Positions 34,425 through 43,897 are shown, counted from the stretch's first letter. The stretch: 51,090 nucleotides of DNA from an archaeon (GCA_043817815.1 JBDRGM010000040.1:1-51090), one strand, 5' to 3'. The notes: generated by a model from the letters alone, not told the origin. Numbers and translations are program-made.

Positions 34425-36221
34425 ATGTCTAAGAATAAAGAAAAAAACAATGAATTGAAAAGAAATCCTATTTGGAATGTTCTGAAAACAGAGTGGGGGT
34501 TTTTAGGTAGCCGGAGGAAGAATTTTGTTATTTACATGTCTATGTTTGTTATAGCTGGAATAATGAGTTTAATGACGCCCCTTTTGATTGGACTAATTTT
34601 TAATTCTATTCAACAGACAATTAGTTCTGATTCTGAATTAAGAAAATTAATATTTATGATTTTTTTGCTTTTAGGATTAAACATTGGTTTTTGGATTTTT
34701 CACGGACCTGCGAGAGTTTTTGAATTGATAACTGGCTTTCAGGTTCATAGAAATTATACTAACTCTAAAATAAAAAAAGTTTTAGAACTTCCTGTAAAGT
34801 GGCATAAAGATAATCATTCTGGGGATACAATTGATAAAATTAACAGGGGGAGAGAAGCTTTAGACCGTTTTGCATCTAACACTTATGAGTTGGTGTATAT
34901 CCTCTTGCAAATCTTCGGTTCATTAATAATTTTATTTTTTGTAGACGTAAAAATCGCTATATTTTCTTTGGGTTTTTCTTTGATTATACTTTTTGGGGTC
35001 ATGAGTGTTGATAAAAAACTTAGAAAATATTATTTTCAATTAAATAAATTTAGTAATAAGCTTTCTGCATCTGTATTTGATTATCTTAGTAATATTATCA
35101 CAGTTATAACTTTGCGCCTAAGAAAAACTGTGATGAACGAGATTGATACAAGAGTAACAGTTAGTTATGAAACTTATAAAAAAGCCTCATTGATTGATGA
35201 ATTTAAATGGGGGGTAGGAGGTATAGCAATAACTTTGATGACAGTTCTTGTTTTAGTGTATAAAACTTATACTGATTACTATGCTACTGGAGTTATATTG
35301 GTTGGAACACTTTATATTTTATATGGATATTTGGGAAGAGTGGGAGAGGCATTTTTTGATTTCGGGAGATTTTATGGAAAGTTAACTAGACTAAATGCAA
35401 AAATTGAAGGGGCTTATCCAATTGACGAAGAATTTGATAGGATAAAGGGAAAAATAAAGGGACAGCTTCCTAGTAATTGGAAAGAAGTTGAGATAAAGAA
35501 TCTTAATTTTACTTATAATGAAGAATGGAAGAAGAACCACCTTCAAGATATTAATATGAAATTTAAGAAAGGTAAGAAGATTGCACTAGTCGGAGAAAGT
35601 GGTTCTGGTAAGAGTACTGTTCTTGCATTGTTGAGAGGATTGTACTTGCCTCAAGAAGGAGAAATATATTGTGATGGAGAAGAAATGAAAAATGGATTTG
35701 AAAAACTAAAAAGAAATATCACTTTGATTCCTCAGGACCCAGAGATTTTCAATAACACTATAAAATATAATATTGCAATGGACTTGCCGACGAGAAAAGA
35801 AGATTTGAATAAGGTTATTGAGATGGCTCGATTTAAGAAAGTTGTGGCAAGATTAGACAAAGGTCTTAATACAAATGTTCTTGAGAAAGGTGTTTCATTA
35901 AGCGGGGGAGAAAAGCAAAGATTGGCTTTGGCTAGAGGACTGCTTGCAGGAAAAAATAGTGACATTGTTTTGATGGATGAGCCTACAAGTAGTGTTGATA
36001 GTTTGAATGAGATGAAAATTCATGATAATGTGTTCAAACATTTCAAAGGCAAGACAATAGTTTCATCAATTCACAGACTTCACCTTTTGAATAAGTTTGA
36101 TTACATTTATTATTTTGAGAGAGGAAAGATAATTGCAGAAGGAACTTTAGATGAAATAAAGAAGAATTATAAATTTAGATATTTGATGACTAAGTATGGG
36201 TTGAAGAAGGATGTGAAATGA
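34425..36221 (+). CDS. ABC exporter (fused TMD-NBD half-transporter)
   Basis: Six N-terminal TM helices, Walker A GESGSGKST, signature LSGGEKQRLALAR, Walker B IVLMDEPTS and an H-loop SIHRL. Confidence 0.9.
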   Translation: MSKNKEKNNELKRNPIWNVLKTEWGFLGSRRKNFVIYMSMFVIAGIMSLMTPLLIGLIFNSIQQTISSDSELRKLIFMIFLLLGLNIGFWIFHGPARVFELITGFQVHRNYTNSKIKKVLELPVKWHKDNHSGDTIDKINRGREALDRFASNTYELVYILLQIFGSLIILFFVDVKIAIFSLGFSLIILFGVMSVDKKLRKYYFQLNKFSNKLSASVFDYLSNIITVITLRLRKTVMNEIDTRVTVSYETYKKASLIDEFKWGVGGIAITLMTVLVLVYKTYTDYYATGVILVGTLYILYGYLGRVGEAFFDFGRFYGKLTRLNAKIEGAYPIDEEFDRIKGKIKGQLPSNWKEVEIKNLNFTYNEEWKKNHLQDINMKFKKGKKIALVGESGSGKSTVLALLRGLYLPQEGEIYCDGEEMKNGFEKLKRNITLIPQDPEIFNNTIKYNIAMDLPTRKEDLNKVIEMARFKKVVARLDKGLNTNVLEKGVSLSGGEKQRLALARGLLAGKNSDIVLMDEPTSSVDSLNEMKIHDNVFKHFKGKTIVSSIHRLHLLNKFDYIYYFERGKIIAEGTLDEIKKNYKFRYLMTKYGLKKDVK

Positions 36222-36222
36222 G

Positions 36223-37191
36223 ATGAAATTTGCAAAAAAAACAGAATTACACTGTCAATTTATGAAAGTGGTTAATCAGTTGGTTAAAAAGAAAATTAGT
36301 AAAGAACCAATCGAAGTGATTATTCTAGGAGGAAGTGTTGCTCGTGGTGACGAGACAGAAGAGAGTGATATTGATGTTGTTTTTTATGTAAAGAAAAAAG
36401 ACATGCCTGCTAATCCTCAAAGATTTTACAAATTTAAAGGCAAGTATATTGAGGAGCATTATTCTACAATTGAAAACTTAAAATCAAAGAGCATATTACC
36501 TGAAGAAAAAATTTTATATGATAAAAAAGGGAAAATTCCAAAACTCTTCTTTGATGAGAAATGGGCTAAAAAAGATTTTAATGGAGATTTAAAAGATGCG
36601 AAGAAATCACAAAAGATTGCAGAAAAGAAATTTTCAGAAGGAAATTATGACTTGGTATTCAATTATTTATATGGGATAAAAAGTCCCTCTTTTCTTATGA
36701 TGCATGCTATTCCTCCCAGGTTTAATCTTCCTTTTCCTAGTTTTAGGCTGCTGGGAAGCATAAGAAAAATAGATAAAAAACATAAGACAAGATCATATTT
36801 GTTAATCAAGCAACTTTATGAATTTGAGAATAAAGATTGCAAAAGAGTTTTGGGAGATTTTAAGAAGGCGTATTTCTTAATGAATCAACTGGAGCAAAAG
36901 AAAAAACCGAGAGTAAAAAATCTTGGCTTTTATGATAAGTTGAAAATTGATTATAATGTTAAGGGATTGAAGAGAACCTTTGAGGATTACCCTTTTGTAT
37001 ATGCTTATAGGTTTATCGTCGGGTGTTTGGTTATGTGGACATTTGATGAGAAAATTCAAAGAAAGGACAGGGAAATATTTCATATTTTTTTGTTAAAAAT
37101 TTTGGGTGTTGAGAGGATTAGTAAAGAGTTAGTTAAAGAAAAATTAGAACTTTCCAGGAATTTGGTTAAGGAATGTGAGAAGTTGAAATGA
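36223..37191 (+). CDS. Nucleotidyltransferase-domain protein (kanamycin-NTase-like architecture)
   Basis: ILGGSVARGDETEESDIDVVFYV (GS...DxD) followed by a helical C-terminal region. Starts 1 nt after the ABC stop. Confidence 0.65.
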   Translation: MKFAKKTELHCQFMKVVNQLVKKKISKEPIEVIILGGSVARGDETEESDIDVVFYVKKKDMPANPQRFYKFKGKYIEEHYSTIENLKSKSILPEEKILYDKKGKIPKLFFDEKWAKKDFNGDLKDAKKSQKIAEKKFSEGNYDLVFNYLYGIKSPSFLMMHAIPPRFNLPFPSFRLLGSIRKIDKKHKTRSYLLIKQLYEFENKDCKRVLGDFKKAYFLMNQLEQKKKPRVKNLGFYDKLKIDYNVKGLKRTFEDYPFVYAYRFIVGCLVMWTFDEKIQRKDREIFHIFLLKILGVERISKELVKEKLELSRNLVKECEKLK

Positions 37192-37721
37192 AACCAAAAG
37201 TAGAAATAAAAAAAGGAAGTGGAGCATCAAAATCTTTTATAGATAATTATAATAAAATGGTATGTGGTGTTTTTAATTGTCCTCCAAATGAAGATTTATC
37301 TAAGGATATTTTGTTTGTTGTCAGGGATGGAAGGAGGATAGTATCTTTTGGCGCGTTGACACCAGTTAAGATAAATTATAATAAAAAAGATTATAATATA
37401 CTTGGGATTACAGAGGTTGCTTCTCTCGAGAAGAGGAAAGGATATGGGAGAACATTGACAAATTCAATGATTGATTATCTTAGAATAAAGGATAAAACTG
37501 GGTTTGGGTTTTGTAGTAGCAAGGTCGCGAAGTTTTATGATAAGTGTGGAATGAAGACAAAGAAAAAATTAGGCAGAAGATTTTTTTATGATTATGGGGA
37601 TGAAAAGAAAAATGAGCATGAGAGAGATTTAGATGTGGTTTATTATGAGGGTAAGGATAAATTTATTTCCAAGGTTTTAGATACAAAATCAATTATTAAA
37701 CTTCCTTGTGAGCATTGGTAG
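37188..37721 (+). CDS. GNAT-family acetyltransferase-like protein
   Basis: EVASLEKRKGYGRTLTNSMIDYL (R/Q-x-x-G-x-G/A motif) and KFYDKCGM. Overlaps the upstream gene by 4 nt (ATGA). Confidence 0.55.
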   Translation: MKPKVEIKKGSGASKSFIDNYNKMVCGVFNCPPNEDLSKDILFVVRDGRRIVSFGALTPVKINYNKKDYNILGITEVASLEKRKGYGRTLTNSMIDYLRIKDKTGFGFCSSKVAKFYDKCGMKTKKKLGRRFFYDYGDEKKNEHERDLDVVYYEGKDKFISKVLDTKSIIKLPCEHW

Positions 37722-37722
37722 A

Positions 37723-37848
37723 ATGAAAATCCGTAAAGCAGCTCTTAAGGATTTAGTTAAGGAATTGAAGAAAAGCCAGAATTCACAGGTTAATCAATAT
37801 AATACATTTAATAAAACTTCTTTGGAAGAATTTCTGGAGTTATTTTAA
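37723..37848 (+). CDS. Possible 41-aa ORF trailing the ABC-NTase-GNAT operon (MKIRKAALKDLVKELKKSQNSQVNQYNTFNKTSLEEFLELF)
   Basis: Below the track cutoff; found by reading. Begins 1 nt after the GNAT stop. Confidence 0.2.
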   Translation: MKIRKAALKDLVKELKKSQNSQVNQYNTFNKTSLEEFLELF

Positions 37849-39279
37849 CTAAGTATAACTAGGCATACCATGTGCTTTTTTGTAAACGTCAAAGATATCA
37901 AAAGCTTCATCTTTGGCTTTTTCTTCAGCCACAGGTCTTACGTGTGTTTTTTCTATCCAAGTGTCTGGTTTGACGGGTATGAATTTTGTGTCTTTTTCCT
38001 CTTTTTTTGGTGCGTCCTCTTTTTTTTCTTTTTTGTTGTAGTGTCCTATTAATGCTAAGAAAGGATTTGATTGGTCTTTTTTCTTTTCCTCTTTTTTTGG
38101 TGCGTCCTCTTTTAGGAAAGAATTTATTTCGTCTTGCATTTGGTCTAGACTTTCTGTTGTTGAACCTTCAATTAATTTTAAAACATCTTGAATGTCTGAT
38201 TTATCTAGTTCTTTTTTTAATTTGTCTAGTTCATCTGTATTTAATGAGTAAGCTGTGAAAGAGACTGTTGCTTTTCCTCCAAAGGCGTAATGAGATTGTT
38301 GGGCAACTTTTTGAGGGATTCCTCTGAATGTGAAATTAACTAGTACACAAGCATAGTATTGTCTTGATTTTATTTTTCCAAGTTCTGCAGGAGGGCCTAT
38401 TTTTGATTTTCCTAAAATAGTTAGTTCTAGTAAAATTGTATTGAATGTTTTAACTACTGCTGGATTTCTGCCAACGTCTTCTTGTTCTAACTGTTGTGCG
38501 GCTTTTAGATATGGTTTTGCCCAACGAGAATATAATTTTAAACTGTTTACCTGGCTTTTCAAATAGGTTCTTTCCATTTGATATCTTTTTCTTAATTCTT
38601 GTTCAGAGCTAGTCGCCCAGATGTTGAATTCTTGTATTCTTGGTTTTAATATTCTTTTTACTCTTTCATTTAGGTCGACTTTGTCTGCGTCTTTTTCATC
38701 TTTAACAACCAGGAATGCGTCGAGAAGCGTCTGAAAACCCGCCTGTCCTAAAGCCATTGCTTTTACAGAAGAATTGCCTTTTGCAATATCAACTTTGTCA
38801 AGCCAGATTTGTTTTAAAGTTAATCGCGCAGCTTCTGTTGTGTTTTTATCGTCTGATTTTAAATCATCATAGCTTTGTAGTCTTATCTTGAATTCTTTTA
38901 AGTCATAGATTATATTTAGTATACTTCTTAATACTGTGTTCACATTTGCCAATGCTTGACTTGCTTGTTGTTGCATTATTGTTGCTCTCTGTCCAAGTTC
39001 TGAGAAATGCCCTGAGCCAGGGGATGAGGTAAAATTGTCAACAAGTTTTTCTGTGATAAATCCCTTGTCGTTTATTAAATCTAATATAAAAAAATAAACT
39101 GGTTCTAAAGTTTCTGTGCTAGAGTCATAATCTAATACATGTTCTGATAAGGGTTTTGGTTCTACTTTTTCTGCAGGAATTTTGTCTGCAGAGCCGTATT
39201 CTTTTAACAATTCTGTTCCATTTATTGCAAAAAGTCTTGGATTGATTTTACCAATGATTTGTTGGATTGTGGCTACCAT
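37849..39279 (-). CDS. Hypothetical 476-aa protein, helical N-terminal two-thirds, Lys/Glu-rich repeat near the C-terminus
   Basis: Long clean ORF. No family recognised. Contains the duplicated peptide KEDAPKKEEK. Confidence 0.6.
   Translation of the reverse strand: MVATIQQIIGKINPRLFAINGTELLKEYGSADKIPAEKVEPKPLSEHVLDYDSSTETLEPVYFFILDLINDKGFITEKLVDNFTSSPGSGHFSELGQRATIMQQQASQALANVNTVLRSILNIIYDLKEFKIRLQSYDDLKSDDKNTTEAARLTLKQIWLDKVDIAKGNSSVKAMALGQAGFQTLLDAFLVVKDEKDADKVDLNERVKRILKPRIQEFNIWATSSEQELRKRYQMERTYLKSQVNSLKLYSRWAKPYLKAAQQLEQEDVGRNPAVVKTFNTILLELTILGKSKIGPPAELGKIKSRQYYACVLVNFTFRGIPQKVAQQSHYAFGGKATVSFTAYSLNTDELDKLKKELDKSDIQDVLKLIEGSTTESLDQMQDEINSFLKEDAPKKEEKKKDQSNPFLALIGHYNKKEKKEDAPKKEEKDTKFIPVKPDTWIEKTHVRPVAEEKAKDEAFDIFDVYKKAHGMPSYT
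37994..38113. repeat. Two exact 30-nt direct repeats (37994-38023 and 38084-38113), 90 nt apart, inside the 476-aa CDS
   Basis: TTTTCCTCTTTTTTTGGTGCGTCCTCTTTT read twice on the + strand. In-frame (30-codon period) on the coding strand. Confidence 0.8.
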
Positions 39280-39361
39280 GTTTAATTAAAGAATTGTTTG
39301 TTTAAAAAATATTCTAATTTAGAATAACAAATTATAAAAACAAGATAATTTTGATTTAATT

Positions 39362-39721
39362 ATGGGATTATTTGGATTAGGTAAAAAAGGAAGGGTGCTT
39401 GATTTAACGAAGAATTATGAGAGACAGAAAGAAAAGGCTGAGGAAAAGAGGAGTTCTGAGCAGAGTTCTGAATTACCGTCGCAAAGTGCGTTTAATTTTC
39501 TTGGAAATTTAGCTAGCTCGAGTTCTGATTCAAGTTCTAGTTCTTCGAGAGAGTTTTCTGGTTATGTTGATGTGTCTTCTGATGCAGGAGATAAAAAAAG
39601 AAAACTTGCAAGGAGATTGATTGATATGACTGAGAAACTAGAGGAGTTATCAAATCAGATTTATCATCTTCAGCAGAGAGTTGAATTACTTGAGAAAAAG
39701 AATGATGTTGGAAGGTTTTGA
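39362..39721 (+). CDS. Hypothetical small protein: MGLFGLGKK N-terminus, Ser-rich linker, C-terminal coiled coil
   Basis: 119-aa ORF divergent from the 476-aa gene. No family recognised. Confidence 0.5.
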   Translation: MGLFGLGKKGRVLDLTKNYERQKEKAEEKRSSEQSSELPSQSAFNFLGNLASSSSDSSSSSSREFSGYVDVSSDAGDKKRKLARRLIDMTEKLEELSNQIYHLQQRVELLEKKNDVGRF

Positions 39722-39756
39722 GTTAGATTTATTAATAGCAGTTCCTTTTTTTATTT

Positions 39757-40968
39757 ATGAAAAACATAGAGGTTAAAGCAAAAGCATATGCATTGAAAAA
39801 CGCACTTGCATATAACGGGAAGGCTCAGCAGGGAGCTGTTATATCTTCACTATTTAATGAAGGTTTGAAAAAACAGGATGTTAAAAAATATATTAAGAAA
39901 ATTTCTGGGGTGGTTGATAAGGTGAATAAGCTTTCTGTTGAAGAGCAGAGAAAGGAGTTTGAGAAGTTAGAAGATAATGTCAGCAAAAGAAAAGTTCGTG
40001 AAGGTTTGGCAGAGTTGCCTGATGTTAAGAAAGGAGGAGTTGTGATGCGGTTTGCTCCGTCGCCGTCAGGTCCTTTTCATGTTGGACATGCTATGACTTC
40101 ATGTATTTCATTTCTTTATGTTAAAAAATATGGAGGGAAGTTTTATGTTAGAATAGAAGATACAAATCCTGAAAATATTTATCCCCTTGCATATAAGATG
40201 ATTGAGCAGGAATCAAAATGGCTTTTTGATGGAATTGCTAAAATTCAGATTCAATCAGATAATATGAAGAAGTATTATGAATATGTTGAAAAATTGTTAA
40301 GGAAAAATTCTGTTTATGTTTGTACTTGTTCTGGTGATGATTTTAGAGAATATGTTAAGAATAAAAAAAATTGTCCTTGTAGGAAATTAAATGTTAGGGA
40401 AAATTTAGAGAGATGGAAAAATATGCTTTCTAAAAGTGGATTTAAACCTGGCGAAGCTGTTTTAAGGTTTAAATCAAATATGAAAGATAAGAATCCTGCT
40501 ATGAGGGATTTTCCTTTAGCGAGGATTAATGAGACATCTCATCCTAGGCAAAAAAAGAAATATCGTGTCTGGCCGTTGATGAATTTGGCTGTTGTTGTTG
40601 ATGATATTGAAGATAAGATGACACATACTATTCGGGCAAAGGATCATAGAGATAATGCAAAAAGACAGAAAATGATTTACAACGCTTTGGGAGTTGAAAA
40701 AAAATATCCGTGGGTTACTTTTTTAGGGAGATTTAAATTTAAGGATATGGAATTATCCGCAACTAAGATGAGGAAAGCAATTGAAGAAAAAAAATATTCT
40801 GGATGGGATGACAAGAGATTACCGACGATAGCTGCATTAAAAAAAAGAGGTTATAAGCCACAAGCATTTTGGAAATTTACAGAGATAGTTGGTTTATCAG
40901 AGAATGATAAGGTTATTGACAGGAAAGAATTTTTTAAGTTGCTGGATACGTTCAATAAAAAGATTTAA
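39757..40968 (+). CDS. gltX: Glutamyl-tRNA synthetase-like protein: archaeal-type catalytic core only, no anticodon-binding domain
   Basis: VVMRFAPSPSGPFHVGHA (HIGH), YVRIEDTNPE, YVCTC...CPCR zinc-like insert, RVWPLMNLAVVVDD, IRAKDH, ELSATKMRK (KMSKS region) and SGWDDKRLPTIAALKKRG. N-terminal ALKNALAYNGKAQQGAV is a GatB/YqeY-like helix bundle. The protein stops about 25 aa after RGYKPQA. Confidence 0.8.
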   Translation: MKNIEVKAKAYALKNALAYNGKAQQGAVISSLFNEGLKKQDVKKYIKKISGVVDKVNKLSVEEQRKEFEKLEDNVSKRKVREGLAELPDVKKGGVVMRFAPSPSGPFHVGHAMTSCISFLYVKKYGGKFYVRIEDTNPENIYPLAYKMIEQESKWLFDGIAKIQIQSDNMKKYYEYVEKLLRKNSVYVCTCSGDDFREYVKNKKNCPCRKLNVRENLERWKNMLSKSGFKPGEAVLRFKSNMKDKNPAMRDFPLARINETSHPRQKKKYRVWPLMNLAVVVDDIEDKMTHTIRAKDHRDNAKRQKMIYNALGVEKKYPWVTFLGRFKFKDMELSATKMRKAIEEKKYSGWDDKRLPTIAALKKRGYKPQAFWKFTEIVGLSENDKVIDRKEFFKLLDTFNKKI

Positions 40969-40992
40969 AAAGTTAATTTTATTTTAGAGAAT

Positions 40993-41448
40993 ATGAAATT
41001 AAATAAAAGAGGTTTATCAGGTATTGTAACTACGTTGATAATCATTGTGTTGGTTTTCGCGGCAATTACACTTTTCTGGGGAGCTTTGGGTCCTGTTCTT
41101 CGAGGAAGTGCTGATGAGATTGCTAGTGGTACGCAATGTTTAGATATTGATGTAAGAGTGACTAGTGCTGCTTGTACTACTGCTCCTGATCAGTGTGTTG
41201 TGACTTATACAAGGAGTTCTGGTGGAGATGATATTGATGGTGTGAGAGTTACTCTAAGTGATGGATCTGCAAGTGATGCTGGTGAAAAAGTAGGGAATGT
41301 AGCACCATTTGGGACTTCATCAACTACTGTTGCTACAACCCTAATCGGGGTGGCTACTAGTGCAAAAATTGCAGCATATATTAATGATGCATCTGGAAAT
41401 CCTTCGTATTGTCCAGAATCTTCAGCATATACACCTACTAATGCTTAA
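40993..41448 (+). CDS. Archaeal type IV pilin-like protein (class III signal peptide)
   Basis: MKLNKRGLSGIVTTLIIIVLVFAAITLFWG: KRG/LS cleavage-type motif plus a hydrophobic helix. Gly/Ala/Ser/Thr-rich ectodomain with 4 Cys. Confidence 0.7.
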   Translation: MKLNKRGLSGIVTTLIIIVLVFAAITLFWGALGPVLRGSADEIASGTQCLDIDVRVTSAACTTAPDQCVVTYTRSSGGDDIDGVRVTLSDGSASDAGEKVGNVAPFGTSSTTVATTLIGVATSAKIAAYINDASGNPSYCPESSAYTPTNA

Positions 41449-41505
41449 ACCAGATAGATAAACTAAAAGAGAAATTAGTCATAGTAGTAAGATTGAAGAA
41501 TCCTT

Positions 41506-42690
41506 TTATTTTTTATTTTCTTTAATCACATAGACTTCGTCGTTGTTTTTTACAGTTGGGAGTTTTATTCCAATATCCTGGTCTTTTTTTGCTTTTTTGA
41601 TTGATTTGTTTTTTATCTCAATTGTTTTTATTTTTGAGGTAATAATTCCAGTGTTCTTTCCAATCACAACTATTTTATCTCCAACTTTTAGTTCTGAAAC
41701 TAATCTAATTGCTGCTACTTCTGCTTTTGAAAAATAGTGAATTACTTTTCCAACAAAGTGTTTTTTCTCTGTTGCTGAGCTATGTTCAATTTTTGAAAAA
41801 TCATCTGCAGTTGGTACACCTAGATAAAATCCTGATGAGAATTTTTTATTGTAAACTTGTTTTAATTCTTCAATCCCTTTTTTAATTTCTTTGGAGGTTA
41901 GTTTTTTATCAAGTGCTCTTCTATAGATTCTTACAACAGTATCAACATAGCGAGGGTCTCTGCCTCGCCCTTCTATTTTGAAACTTGTTATCCCTGCTTG
42001 TTTCATTTGTTCAATGAATGGAAGTGCACATAAATCTTTTGCAGAGAATATTTTGTCGTTTTCTACTTCTAGTTCAAATTCATTTTGTTTGTCAATTACT
42101 TTGTAGCTTCTTCTGCAAGGGTGAAGGCATGTACCTCTGTTTGCAGATTTATTGAAAAGGAATTGCGATGTGAAGCATCTTCCTGAAACAGCGACGCACA
42201 TTGCTCCGTGGATAAAGCATTCGACGTCGATTACTTTTGAGATTTCTTTTATTTGTTTTAGGTTTAATTCTCTTGCTAAAATTATTCTTTTTGCTCCAAG
42301 TTTTTTATAGAACTTAGCACTTTCTGAGTTTGCGACAGAACCTTGAGTTGAGATAAAGAATTGGACTTTGTGTTTTTTACATAGTTGAGCAACTGCTAAG
42401 TCCCAGCAGATTATTGCATCAATTTTGTTTTTAACTTTTTTAATTGTTTTTTCAACGTCTTTGATTTCTTCGTCGTAGATAATTGTGTTTAATGTGAGAT
42501 ATCTTTTTACTTTTTTAGGTTTGCATATTTTTTCAATTTCATCTAATTCTTCAAATGTGAAATTTTTTGCAGAAGCTCTCATCCCAAACTTTTGAAGTCC
42601 GAAATAAACTGCGTCTGCTCCTGCGTTTACAGCTGATACTAGCATTGGAAAATTCCCTGCTGGTGCGAGTAATTCATATTTGTTTTTCAT
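41506..42690 (-). CDS. Peptidase U32-family protein
   Basis: ELLAPAGNFPMLVSAVNAGADAVYFG and an N-terminal TIM-barrel pattern with CFIHGAMCVAVSGRC. Confidence 0.85.
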   Translation of the reverse strand: MKNKYELLAPAGNFPMLVSAVNAGADAVYFGLQKFGMRASAKNFTFEELDEIEKICKPKKVKRYLTLNTIIYDEEIKDVEKTIKKVKNKIDAIICWDLAVAQLCKKHKVQFFISTQGSVANSESAKFYKKLGAKRIILARELNLKQIKEISKVIDVECFIHGAMCVAVSGRCFTSQFLFNKSANRGTCLHPCRRSYKVIDKQNEFELEVENDKIFSAKDLCALPFIEQMKQAGITSFKIEGRGRDPRYVDTVVRIYRRALDKKLTSKEIKKGIEELKQVYNKKFSSGFYLGVPTADDFSKIEHSSATEKKHFVGKVIHYFSKAEVAAIRLVSELKVGDKIVVIGKNTGIITSKIKTIEIKNKSIKKAKKDQDIGIKLPTVKNNDEVYVIKENKK

Positions 42691-42712
42691 TGTTTTGTAA
42701 GATTATTCAAGT

Positions 42713-43897
42713 TTAAAAAACATCTTTAATTTTGAAAGAGAGTAAAAACATTATAAACATGAATAAAGCATATAATAAAAATAAATAATTAAAAGGCAGA
42801 AAAAGAAGTATAAATGCTCCAGAAATTTTCCCTATGAAGCCGTTAGTGTCAATTGTGGTGTTGTATGGAGCATAGAATCTGTTTTCTTCATTTTTGTTCT
42901 TGAGTATTTTGAAAAAATGAGTTTCTGTTGTTGGTTCAAGCATAGCCATACCAAAACTTGCTATGACTAATAAACTAAGAATTATAAAGATATTTGAAAT
43001 GAAAAAACACAAGAAAGAGATTATTGCTACAGAGATATATCCTATTTTGAATACTTTTTTATGACCCCATTTAGAAGTTAGTTTAGAGAATTTATATTCT
43101 GTTAATATTAATGGAACTGCAATTGCAAATAAGAAATAACCAACCCAGAGATTGCTTAGATTATTTCTTATTATATGAAGAGGGATAAACAAATAAATAA
43201 ACACCCACCAGAGGTTTACTCCTCCTCCAATGAAATAAGAAAGTGTTCTTTGTTTGTCTTTAAAAAATCCTTTAAAATTTTTGATTATATCTTTGTGTGT
43301 TTTTTTACTTATGTTGGAATCTTTTATTTTTGAGAAGGCAAATAATAAAAATGCAAGAAAAATAAATATAGCTGAAAGGGTAAAAACAAGATTAATTCCG
43401 TATTCATTTGCAATAAAACCTGCAATTAAAGGACCAATAACCCATGCTAGATTTAAGACAGAGTATATTAATCCTTCATTTTTTGAAAGGTTTGAATCTC
43501 GTGATTTGTCTTTTATGATTATCCCAAAACTAGTTACCCTAAATGTGTATAATAGAGTTATTAAAAAAGCTAATATTACAAAAAAGTAAAACTTGGTATT
43601 TATCGCAAAAAGAATATATGTAATTGCAAATCCTAATAAAGAATAAGAATAAATTTTTGATTTGCTATTTTTTTCAATTAAAGGTATGAAGAAGAAGTAA
43701 GATAAAAAAGCAACGATTGTTAGTCCTGCAGAAATAAATCCCACTATTATTTCACTATTCACAAAACTATCAATGTATAATGCCCATACAGTTTCGATTA
43801 GTGATGATGAAATGCTTACTAAAAATCCTACAAGAGAAAGTTTAGCAATATTTGTTAAAACAGATGCCCCTTCTTTTTTTCTTGTTAATATCCCCAT
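42713..43897 (-). CDS. MFS transporter
   Basis: About 12 TM helices in a 6+6 arrangement with a central basic loop. Confidence 0.75.
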   Translation of the reverse strand: MGILTRKKEGASVLTNIAKLSLVGFLVSISSSLIETVWALYIDSFVNSEIIVGFISAGLTIVAFLSYFFFIPLIEKNSKSKIYSYSLLGFAITYILFAINTKFYFFVILAFLITLLYTFRVTSFGIIIKDKSRDSNLSKNEGLIYSVLNLAWVIGPLIAGFIANEYGINLVFTLSAIFIFLAFLLFAFSKIKDSNISKKTHKDIIKNFKGFFKDKQRTLSYFIGGGVNLWWVFIYLFIPLHIIRNNLSNLWVGYFLFAIAVPLILTEYKFSKLTSKWGHKKVFKIGYISVAIISFLCFFISNIFIILSLLVIASFGMAMLEPTTETHFFKILKNKNEENRFYAPYNTTIDTNGFIGKISGAFILLFLPFNYLFLLYALFMFIMFLLSFKIKDVF

